From: Sedimentisphaerales bacterium
GTDB taxonomy: Bacteria > Planctomycetota > Phycisphaerae > Sedimentisphaerales > SM23-30
Assembly: GCA_963666285.1 (NCBI GenBank)
Contig: OY762711.1
Length of the DNA: 64,000 nucleotides
Strand: one strand, 5' to 3'
Every line of letters begins with the position of its first letter. The stretch's first letter is position 1. The notes under the pieces are model-generated. The model worked only from the letters and a program-made list of their open reading frames with translations, searched no databases and was not told the origin of the DNA. The position numbers and the translations under genes are program-made. Shown here piece after piece: positions 50,054-58,534 of this stretch.

Positions 50054-51058
50054 TCATTTAGTATTGTTATTTTTAGTGTCTAAAGTGATATTGATTGGTT
50101 GAGATACGGCTTGTCCGGTCCAGAAGTCATCGGTTCCTAGAGTTTTGATCAGCCATTCGCTTTTGTTAGGAAAGTATTCAAATACAGCAGCAATTTCGAA
50201 TTTTCCTGGTTTTTCAACGAGAAAAGCGTTCCAGGGATCTTCGGTAACCCATAGCTTATTACCTTTTAAATATTTATCATAAATATTATGTTGTGGTTTT
50301 GGAACGAGTATTAATAAAGTTGTTTCGAGTTTGAAGCTATCGCCCGGCAAGAGCTTGACAACTTTAGGATATGGAAAATCTTTATGAGATAATTGGATTT
50401 TGTTAGTATATAAGCCATAGGAGTTTTTAAAGTATAGTTTATTTCCGAGTGGAGCATCATCGTTTACATAATTGACAACATTATCTGAGATATTTTTAAT
50501 AGTTGCGACAATTGAAATAGAATTATCAAAATAATCAGGTCCAGGTTTTGTATTGAGTGTGACTTGGATTGAATCTGATAGGTTGACAGCGTAATATTTA
50601 CTGATCAAGCAGCTTCGCTGTGGTTCGGGCATTTCCCAATGGGAAGTGTAATTTATGGCAAGACTGGAATTGTGCCTGGAGTCGTGAGTGTTTTTTTTAA
50701 GAATATCAAGAGCTTTTGGAGTGTTGATACAGAACAGTGCCTGTTCGGCAGCGAATCTGTGTATGCGTGTGTCAAAATTATTTTCATCTATAACCTGGCT
50801 AAGCTGTTTAATTATTAGGTCAGGTTCGGGAATCTTATGAGCGATTGCCAATGATCTGATTTTTAATATATCATAGAAGGATAATTTTAGAATTTCAGAA
50901 TTAGCACCTGGTTGGCTTCGTTCGGCCAGGTCAGAGATATTTCCCAGCCGGTGCGTGTTAATAATATCAGTAAAAGTTTGAGGTTCTGAGTTATCCGGTT
51001 GAGATGCTAAAACCGATAGCATTAAGGCTAAAATGTATATAAGTATATATAGTTTCAA
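50054..51058 (-). CDS. Hypothetical exported protein
   Basis: 334-aa ORF, TTG start with GGAG RBS, N-terminal signal peptide. Confidence 0.65.
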   Translation of the reverse strand: MKLYILIYILALMLSVLASQPDNSEPQTFTDIINTHRLGNISDLAERSQPGANSEILKLSFYDILKIRSLAIAHKIPEPDLIIKQLSQVIDENNFDTRIHRFAAEQALFCINTPKALDILKKNTHDSRHNSSLAINYTSHWEMPEPQRSCLISKYYAVNLSDSIQVTLNTKPGPDYFDNSISIVATIKNISDNVVNYVNDDAPLGNKLYFKNSYGLYTNKIQLSHKDFPYPKVVKLLPGDSFKLETTLLILVPKPQHNIYDKYLKGNKLWVTEDPWNAFLVEKPGKFEIAAVFEYFPNKSEWLIKTLGTDDFWTGQAVSQPINITLDTKNNNTK

Positions 51059-51396
51059 TGGCTTGCTCCATTTGATCTAAGAATATCAGCCGATGTTCTA
51101 CTTATACCACAGTGGAAATTGTCAGTCAAGAGGTTTAGGATTATGTTATAAAGGCTGAATTATTGGTTGTATGGCGGCGAAAAGAGAGCTATAATGCGTA
51201 AGATAAATATTCATAAAGGTTTAAGTTAGGTAAATTACATAAACTGACGATGGTCAGTTTGGGTAAGTGAAGAACGAAGAACTAATAGTGAAGAATTAAG
51301 GTGTTCACTTCGTTCACGTTTATTTTTAAGCTAATGCGAAAGTCAGCTTTTTATGAAATTGTTATAAAGTATTATAGCTTATAGTTTTATCGAATA

Positions 51397-51501
51397 ATAC
51401 ACATAGTGTGCGATTATGTCCGATCGCTAGGAAGGTAAGTAATGAAATTATAGTTATTTATCTTACGTTCGAATGGGCATTTTTAACTGTTATGGGTATA
51501 G
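51397..51501 (+). repeat. Dispersed ~105-bp structured repeat, family A, copy 3
   Basis: Aligns with 918..1019 and 21344..21448. Confidence 0.85.
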
Positions 51502-51514
51502 AGACAAAAAAGTT

Positions 51515-51542
51515 GGAACATTACGGAACTATGGCGGTCTAA
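51515..51542 (+). promoter_or_regulatory. ECF-sigma-type autoregulatory promoter
   Basis: GGAACA-N16-GTCTAA directly upstream of the ECF sigma ATG. Confidence 0.65.
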
Positions 51543-51547
51543 TATAA

Positions 51548-52153
51548 ATGGCAGGAGAGAATAAATTACCGATGCCTGAAAGTCAGCGAGAGGATGAACA
51601 GATAATCCTACGCTGTCGGAAGGATGACTCTATGGCGGCTTTTGGGCTGCTGGTGGAGAAGTATCAGGATCGCGTGTTTAATGCGGCGCTGCGGATGGTT
51701 GGTAACCATGACGATGCGCTGGATCTGACGCAGGAGGCGTTCTGCCGTGCGCTGCGGAGTTTGAGCCGGTTCAGAGGAGGGTCAGTTTTTTATACCTGGA
51801 TGTTCCGGATAACGATGAATTTGTGTATAGATTTCCGGGTGAAGAGCCGGCGGCTGAGAGTTGCTAGTGATTTCGAGCGTGGCGATATGAGCGAGAGCCA
51901 GGCGAGTACCCTGTTTGATATGGTCGAGGGCCGTGAGCCTGAGCCAGATCAGGTGGTACAGACACGCGAGAAGCGGGAGCGGATACTGGCGGCAATCGAG
52001 AGCCTGGATTCGCAGGACAGGGCGATAGTAGTATTGCGTGAGATTGAGCAGCTGGACTATAAGCAGATATCGAAGGTTTTGGAGGTGCCGATTGGGACGG
52101 TAAAAAGTCGGTTGGCGAGGGCGAGGCTGAAGCTGAGGACGAAGCTGGGTTAG
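51548..52153 (+). CDS. ECF RNA polymerase sigma factor
   Basis: AFGLLVEKYQDRV, DALDLTQEAF, FYTWMFRI..NLCID, region 4 Y.QIS..L.VPIGTVKSRLARAR. Confidence 0.95.
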   Translation: MAGENKLPMPESQREDEQIILRCRKDDSMAAFGLLVEKYQDRVFNAALRMVGNHDDALDLTQEAFCRALRSLSRFRGGSVFYTWMFRITMNLCIDFRVKSRRLRVASDFERGDMSESQASTLFDMVEGREPEPDQVVQTREKRERILAAIESLDSQDRAIVVLREIEQLDYKQISKVLEVPIGTVKSRLARARLKLRTKLG

Positions 52154-52355
52154 CGATCGTTAGACTAGTGACGTTGTTATTACTTTTGGCAAGAAGGGCT
52201 TAAAAGTATAAAGGATGAAGTATAAAGGATAAAAAGAAAATTAAAGAGGTTGGGTTGGAGCTAGCAATAGTTAGTGAAAACTGTGTCTCTTGTATTAATA
52301 AGGATATAAATAAAGTATAAATATTTAATACGACAAATAGAAATAAGGGTGTAGT

Positions 52356-52717
52356 TTGGAAAAGGTTTATGATATAAAAGACCGTATTTTGATTATTCAT
52401 TGAGAGCGATTAAACTTTATCGCGTTTTGCATGAAGGGAAGGATGCCGCTGGATGGGTAATTGGAAAACAGTTTTTGCGGTCAGCAATAAGTATAGGTGC
52501 GAATATCGAAGAAGGTCAATCTGGCGAAAGCAATGCTGATTTTATACATAAATATAGTATATCTCAAAAAGAAGCTAGAGAGAGTCTTTATTGGCTGAGG
52601 TTAATAGATAAATCAGAGATGGTGGCATCAGTTAATCTGCAACCTATAATAGAGGAAACAAGAGAAATATTGGCTATTATTACAAGTATAATAGTAAAGA
52701 TAAAGAATAAGAAATGA
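52356..52717 (+). pseudogene. Four-helix-bundle (IVS/bAvd-like) protein gene with -1 frameshift near the 5' end
   Basis: TTG 52356 gives MEKVYDIKDRI, then the frame shifts in the T4 run 52387..52390 into FDYSLRAIKL...QFLRSAISIGANIEEGQSGESNADFIHKYSISQKEARESLYWL. Confidence 0.8.
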
Positions 52718-54315
52718 ATGCTGAAAATAACAATCAGGAGATGCTGGAGCTGTTGTCGGCTTATCTGGATGATGAGTTGACCGAGGCACAGCGTGAGCGG
52801 GTAGAGCAGATGCTGGCCGAAGATGTCCGGGCGCGCAGTCTGCTGATGAACCTGCGTGATGCGTCCGAAGCGGTAAGCGGGCTTGATATCGAAGAGATCC
52901 CTCGTAATATAACCGATGAGGTATTGTATGCGCTTGAACGTGATACGCTGCTGGATGGTAACGAAGACCTGGCGGTGATGGCGGGAGAGCGACATTTACG
53001 GATGCGTCAGTTTATGGGTGCGGCTGGGATAATGATCCTTGTCGGTGCGGTAGTAGTGGTAGTATTTAGTATTATGAAGAATCCGGCGATGGTTGAAAGT
53101 GACCTGGGGCCGCTGGCGAAGAATGATGTTCAAGAGCAGGTAGCGGCAGAAGGTGCGGCAGCGGAAAAGAAGGTAATGCCGGGCGATGAAAATGTTGTCA
53201 GGTTTAAATCTTTTGGCGAAGCAGCCAGGAGCCTGGGAAACAGAGGCGGTAAAGATGAGCCGGCAGATGAGGTTGTGGCGGATGCGGTTGAGCCAGAGAT
53301 AATGGCGGGTGCCGTGATGGCAGAAGAAGTTGAGCTGCCTAAGATACCGCCGATGGAGGAGTTTGTACTGCCGGAGGCCAAATGGGGATCGATAAAGCTT
53401 AGCAGTGAGGTTGCAGGTGATGATACTGTAGTTGCCGAGCGATTGAAGAACCTGGTGAGTCGTTATGGCGGCAGCTATTTTACCGGCAGCGGTTCAGGGG
53501 TGCAAAGTTTTGCGTTTGTCTGTAAAGCGGAAGAGTTCAAGGAGTTTTATATTGAGCTTCGAGATGTGCTGGCCGGTGAGATCGACCTTGTTCTTGACGG
53601 TTCAGAAAAATATCGCCAGGTAACGGTCAAAGGGGTAAGCGGTGATGAGGTATGTATGATCGCGAAGCTGGCGGACGGATCGGACCAGCTGGGACTTGCC
53701 GAGATGATTGTGCCGGATGGTCGAATAAAATATCAGCAGGTTGAAGATATTGATGACAGGCCGCTGTGGGCTCAGCTTGCTGATATTGTGCCTGAGGAAT
53801 ATCGGCTGGATTTTGGCAAAAAGTTAAACGAGCATTTTGGAGCGATGGAAGCCGAAGGTGTTGATACTGAAGGTCTTCTGGTTGCGAGTGCTGAAGGCGG
53901 AATTCAGGCAGGTGTTGGAGAAGGTGACAGTACTGACAGTGAAATAGTAAGAGGTCGGCAAAGAGCGGTCCCGATGAAAGGGGCGATCCAGGCAAGAAGG
54001 ATTTCAACTGAGCCGGCTGAGAAACGTATGGTAGAAGAGGGTGTTTTGAGTGTTGATACGGCGGATGATGTTGAAAAGAAGACAGCAGTTGGTTTTGTCG
54101 CAAATGAAGCCATTGAGACTACAGCGGCAGATGTTTTGGCGGAAGCGGCGGCTAAGCCTCTAGCAGAAAAAGCGAGAGCAAAAGTAAGCGAGAAGGTTGA
54201 GGCGGATTATATCGCAGTTGAGATTCTGTTGACAGCAGGTTCGGTAAAGAGTGAAGATAAGATGCCGGATGTGCCTGAAGGTGAGATTGATGGTCGGATA
54301 GATTTTGGGTTTTAG
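52714..54315 (+). CDS. Putative anti-sigma factor (zf-HC2-like N-terminus, single TM)
   Basis: ELLSAYLDDELTEAQRERVEQML, one TM helix, downstream of ECF sigma. Confidence 0.8.
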   Translation: MNAENNNQEMLELLSAYLDDELTEAQRERVEQMLAEDVRARSLLMNLRDASEAVSGLDIEEIPRNITDEVLYALERDTLLDGNEDLAVMAGERHLRMRQFMGAAGIMILVGAVVVVVFSIMKNPAMVESDLGPLAKNDVQEQVAAEGAAAEKKVMPGDENVVRFKSFGEAARSLGNRGGKDEPADEVVADAVEPEIMAGAVMAEEVELPKIPPMEEFVLPEAKWGSIKLSSEVAGDDTVVAERLKNLVSRYGGSYFTGSGSGVQSFAFVCKAEEFKEFYIELRDVLAGEIDLVLDGSEKYRQVTVKGVSGDEVCMIAKLADGSDQLGLAEMIVPDGRIKYQQVEDIDDRPLWAQLADIVPEEYRLDFGKKLNEHFGAMEAEGVDTEGLLVASAEGGIQAGVGEGDSTDSEIVRGRQRAVPMKGAIQARRISTEPAEKRMVEEGVLSVDTADDVEKKTAVGFVANEAIETTAADVLAEAAAKPLAEKARAKVSEKVEADYIAVEILLTAGSVKSEDKMPDVPEGEIDGRIDFGF

Positions 54316-54444
54316 AACAGTCAGCCGGAAAGGGGAATAATTATAACGGTTAAAGTTAAGAGATGGATGTTGAGAGTATAGTGAGGCGGCTTGTTATATG
54401 GTTGAATGAATAGTAGGAACAGTCAGATTAAAAGGTTACATAAG

Positions 54445-55857
54445 ATGAATAGGAAGATATGTCTACTAATTTTTTTATCAGTTAGTGCTATTGTTTCAGT
54501 TGTGTATGGAGAACGGCCGCGAGTTATTGTGACGACAGATGGTGAAGCTGATGACAGATGTTCAATGGTTCGGTTTTTGCTGTCCTGTAATGAGTTTGAG
54601 GTTGTGGGTATAATCAACAGCAGTTCGCAATTTCACTGGCAGGGCGGTACAGGTTGGAACGCGTTTCACGATCCTGTATGGGTGAAGGAATACATAGATT
54701 TATATGCTAAGGTTTATGATAATCTAAAACTGCATGACCCGTATTACCCGGATCCTGATTACCTTTTGAGTAAGTGGAAGGTTGGCAATATTGAAGGTGA
54801 TGGTGAGATGGAAAAAAGAACCGAAGGTGCCGAGCTTATTGCTGAAGTTCTTTTAGATGGCAGCGATCCGCGACCGGTCTGGATCCAGGCATGGGGCGGG
54901 TGCAATACAATTGCCCGGGCGTTGAAAATAATAGAGGAAGATCATCCGGCGAAGATGGCAGAGGTTGCCGGACGGATGAGGTTGTTTTTGATCTGGGAGC
55001 AGGATCAGACATATCAAAGTTATATCAGGCCGAACTGGGAGAAGTATAATATACCGACGATTATTTCTGACCAGTTTGATTGCATGGCTTATATCTGGAA
55101 TAAGGTACTGCCGGAAGATGTGAAGAAATATTTCCAGGCAGAGTTTATGGCTAATATTGTGAAAGAACATGGGTCGTTATGTGATGCTTATGGAGATATT
55201 AACGGAGTGTTTCATGCGGAAGGAGATACGCCGTCATTTTTGCATTGCATCGATCACGGCCTGAGGAGTATGGAGTCGCCCGGCTGGGGCGGTTGGGGCG
55301 GCAGGTACGTCAAGGTTCGCAATAATGTGTGGATGGACCCGCTGCCTGATACCGAATTTAAATATCCATCGGGGCGATGGGGCTTTTCTAACAGCTGGTC
55401 GAAAAAACTGGAGAATCGTACCGATGCGGAAGGAGTCAGGATACGGACGAAATATTTTAAGCCGATCTGGCGATGGATGGCGGATGTACAGAATGACTTT
55501 GCTGTAAGAGCAGACTGGTGTGTTAAGCCGTATAATCAGGCCAATCATCGTCCGCAGGTAGAGTTGAATAATTCCGCTGATATAAAAGTTAAAGTAGGAG
55601 CTGAAGTTAATTTGGGTGTAAAGGCGAGTGACCCGGATGGTGACAGTCTGACATATAAATGGTGGCAATATGAAGAGGCGGACAGTTATGCAGGTTGTGT
55701 TGAGATTTATAATGCAGATAAGAATGACGCATCTTTTGTGGTGCCTGGTGATTTAGGTGTCGGTGAGACTATCCATATTATTTGTGAAGTAACTGACGGT
55801 GGAATTCCGCCGCTGAAAGCTTATCAGCGGGTTGTGATTACGATTGATTCGGAATAA
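54445..55857 (+). CDS. DUF1593 / nucleoside-hydrolase-like secreted protein
   Basis: RPRVIVTTDGEADD..SMVRFLL, DPRPVWIQAWGG.NT, EGDTPSFL, WGGWGGRY, QNDFA.RADWC, YQRVVI. Confidence 0.85.
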   Translation: MNRKICLLIFLSVSAIVSVVYGERPRVIVTTDGEADDRCSMVRFLLSCNEFEVVGIINSSSQFHWQGGTGWNAFHDPVWVKEYIDLYAKVYDNLKLHDPYYPDPDYLLSKWKVGNIEGDGEMEKRTEGAELIAEVLLDGSDPRPVWIQAWGGCNTIARALKIIEEDHPAKMAEVAGRMRLFLIWEQDQTYQSYIRPNWEKYNIPTIISDQFDCMAYIWNKVLPEDVKKYFQAEFMANIVKEHGSLCDAYGDINGVFHAEGDTPSFLHCIDHGLRSMESPGWGGWGGRYVKVRNNVWMDPLPDTEFKYPSGRWGFSNSWSKKLENRTDAEGVRIRTKYFKPIWRWMADVQNDFAVRADWCVKPYNQANHRPQVELNNSADIKVKVGAEVNLGVKASDPDGDSLTYKWWQYEEADSYAGCVEIYNADKNDASFVVPGDLGVGETIHIICEVTDGGIPPLKAYQRVVITIDSE

Positions 55858-56052
55858 GATTGCTCAATCTGAAGATAGATGCTGGGTAGTGATATTAGAG
55901 TTTGATGACGGCAGCAGTATTGTATTGATGAGTGATAATACATTTGAGTCGTTTGGGGATATTTCGGGGCTGGTAGGAGATGGCGGTGGTATTTCCTGTT
56001 ATTTGATGAGTTCTGATGCAGTAGTTACTATAGTCGGTAGTAAATGAATTGC

Positions 56053-56080
56053 TTGACATTTACCATTAATTAGTTATGAT
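56053..56080 (+). promoter_or_regulatory. Sigma70-type promoter upstream of ilvC
   Basis: TTGACA-N16-TATGAT. Confidence 0.55.
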
Positions 56081-56208
56081 AAGGGACTTATTATTTGTTA
56101 TTATGCCGAGATTGACTGTATATGTCGGCGTAGGACACAGAGAAGAAGACGTAAATAAATACTGTAAATTATTGTAAATCAAATAGATAAATACAGGAGA
56201 GTAACAAA

Positions 56209-57213
56209 ATGGCATTGACAATTTATTATGAAAACGATGCACCGATAGCTCCGCTGCAGGGCAAAACCGTAGCGATAATCGGTTACGGCTCACAGGGTCA
56301 CGCTCACGGCCAGAATCTTCGTGACAGCGGCATCAACGTAATTGTAGCTGAGCTGGAAGGCACAGCGAACTATGAACTGGCTAAAAAGCACGGCTTTGAA
56401 CCAATGGAAGCCGGTGAAGCGGTAAAGGCAGCTGACCTGATCATCATTACTCTTCCTGATGAAGTACAGAAGGCAGTATATGCCAAGGCAATCGAGCCCA
56501 ATCTGTCAGCGGGCAAGACACTTGGTTTCTGTCATGGTTTTAACGTTCAGTTTGGCTATATTGCGCCTCCAAAGGACATCAATGTTGTAATGATCGCTCC
56601 TAAAGGTCCAGGTCACCTGGTACGCAGCGAATATGTAAAGGGCGGCGGCGTTCCTTGTCTGATCGCTATCCAGAATGATTCCGGTGATGCAAAAGATATC
56701 GCGTTGGCATGGGCAAACGGTATCGGCGGCGCACGTGCCGGTATTATCGAAACCACATTCCAGGAAGAAACAGAAACAGACCTGTTCGGTGAGCAGGTAG
56801 TTCTTTGCGGCGGTCTGAGCGAACTGATCAAGTCAGGTTTCAACACACTGGTAGAAGCCGGTTATCAGCCAGAGATTGCATACTTCGAATGTTTGCATGA
56901 AGTTAAGCTGATTGTTGACCTGATGTATGAAGGTGGTATCAGCTACATGCGTTACAGTGTATCTAATACAGCTGAGTATGGCGATTTGTCTCGTGGTCCT
57001 CGTATAATCACAGATAAGACACGCGAAGAAATGAAAAAATGCCTGAAGGAAATCCAGGATGGTACATTTGCCAAGGAATGGATTGCCGAGGTAGAAGGCG
57101 GATATAAGAACTTCAACGCAATGTACGAAGCCGACCGTGACAGCACAATTGAAACAGTTGGCCGCAAGCTTCGTAAGATGATGAAGTGGATCGACGCTAA
57201 AGAAGTTGAATAA
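56209..57213 (+). CDS. ilvC: Ketol-acid reductoisomerase
   Basis: [56 protein letters not shown]. Confidence 0.97.
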   Translation: MALTIYYENDAPIAPLQGKTVAIIGYGSQGHAHGQNLRDSGINVIVAELEGTANYELAKKHGFEPMEAGEAVKAADLIIITLPDEVQKAVYAKAIEPNLSAGKTLGFCHGFNVQFGYIAPPKDINVVMIAPKGPGHLVRSEYVKGGGVPCLIAIQNDSGDAKDIALAWANGIGGARAGIIETTFQEETETDLFGEQVVLCGGLSELIKSGFNTLVEAGYQPEIAYFECLHEVKLIVDLMYEGGISYMRYSVSNTAEYGDLSRGPRIITDKTREEMKKCLKEIQDGTFAKEWIAEVEGGYKNFNAMYEADRDSTIETVGRKLRKMMKWIDAKEVE

Positions 57214-57314
57214 AAATCGAGCCTGCTTGATTTTTATGAATAAGCATAAGTGATAAGTCATGAGGGGCGGGTTCGTCCTCGGCGATGCTAACTTATGTTT
57301 TATAGAGAGATTGG

Positions 57315-57346
57315 AAGCCGTGGAATGTATTTTCCACGGCTTTTTT
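57315..57346 (+). terminator. Terminator downstream of ilvC
   Basis: AAGCCGTGGAA/TTCCACGGCTT stem followed by T-run. Confidence 0.75.
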
Positions 57347-57675
57347 CGTTTAAAATGGGTTGGTTTATGGGAAGGATTTTGGCTGGGATTATACAAATAC
57401 ATTTATGTTGTTTTAGCGGATGTGGTTTACTATAATAATAGTCTCTTTTTTAAAATTTGTTTCATGGTTATTGATCGAGTTATTTTGTGTTAGCAGTGTA
57501 ATAAGTCGTTAAGTTAATTTATCGGTATATAAACAAGGTTTTGGGCATATTATTTATGCTATTAGAATAGCTTACAGTATATAGATTTTAAAATAATATT
57601 GTAGTTTTGTGGGCGATTATCAGGGATATTTCGTGAAAAGAGCGAAAGTAAACTATAATTCAGGAGATAAAAATT

Positions 57676-58449
57676 ATGTCAATTGATCCGGAAGTGAAAC
57701 GAGCTTTGGATATGCGTCTGGCGAGAGGAGAGATAAGTCATGATGAATATAGAAGGGCGATAGCATCAGTTGAGGGAGTATCGCAGAATACATCATATCC
57801 AGGTTCAGGGTATCCTGGCGCCGGCAATATGGAAATGGCTGGCCGACCGGTTATTCAGTATTACCGTCCGGTAATTCTGTCAAAGGGTTTGTACCTGGGA
57901 GGATATCTAAGCGGGGTAATATTTTCAACAATATTATATATAATAGGTATGATTTTGATTTTCAATTATGAGCCAGAAGCCGGTCTGGTATTATTTATGT
58001 TTTCTGCCCTGATAAGTATATTTCCCATGGTTTTGTATTGTGTCCTGGTATATAAGATGTGGCAGGCGATACAGCCGTATGGCCGATCAACACCCGGCAA
58101 AGCGGTGGGTTTTCTTTTCATTCCGTTTTATAATCTATACTGGATATTTATCGCCTTGAAGGGCTGGTTTGATGATTATAATAAACTTATAATGGCTAAA
58201 AGGCTGAATATTCCGAAATTGCCGGATGGTATTGCATTAGCCGTCTGCATATTAGCAATAGTCAGTATGGTACCCTATATAGGCTTATTAGTTGTTATAC
58301 CAAATCTAATATTGATTTGCGTGATGATATCTTTTATTTGTAATGGCGTTAATGCGTTGTCTAGAATAAACCTGCATCAAAATAATTATAAACCGGCCAA
58401 CCAAAATCAGGGTAACTATGTGAGTGATTCCAGATATTCCCAGTATTGA
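57676..58449 (+). CDS. Membrane protein with N-terminal SHOCT-like motif
   Basis: LDMRLARGEISHDEY (SHOCT-like); TPGKAVGFLFIPFYNLYW; about 4 TM helices. Confidence 0.75.
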   Translation: MSIDPEVKRALDMRLARGEISHDEYRRAIASVEGVSQNTSYPGSGYPGAGNMEMAGRPVIQYYRPVILSKGLYLGGYLSGVIFSTILYIIGMILIFNYEPEAGLVLFMFSALISIFPMVLYCVLVYKMWQAIQPYGRSTPGKAVGFLFIPFYNLYWIFIALKGWFDDYNKLIMAKRLNIPKLPDGIALAVCILAIVSMVPYIGLLVVIPNLILICVMISFICNGVNALSRINLHQNNYKPANQNQGNYVSDSRYSQY

Positions 58450-58534
58450 GTACTTTATTCCCTTTTAGCGGAGAATGATTTATGTTCCTGTATCAAAAGC
58501 AATCGAGGTATCCTGATTAATCAGGTGCTGATTA

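Noticed and set aside
52356..52717. Diversity-generating retroelement suggested by bAvd-like genes
   Set aside because: No reverse transcriptase and no TR/VR pair differing at adenines was seen in the window
25747..56047. Integron (tyrosine recombinase followed by hairpin-separated genes)
   Set aside because: The recombinase is XerD-like without the IntI-specific insertion, the hairpins lack RYYYAAC/GTTRRRY attC ends, and genes lie in both orientations
55844..56047. 67-aa ORF after the DUF1593 gene
   Set aside because: No clear start or RBS and no recognisable family; at most a remnant
56076..56177. Ile/Leu/Val leader-peptide attenuator before ilvC (MIRDLLFVIMPRLTVYVGV...)
   Set aside because: The ATG overlaps the predicted -10 box, there is no RBS, and no terminator with U-tract precedes ilvC
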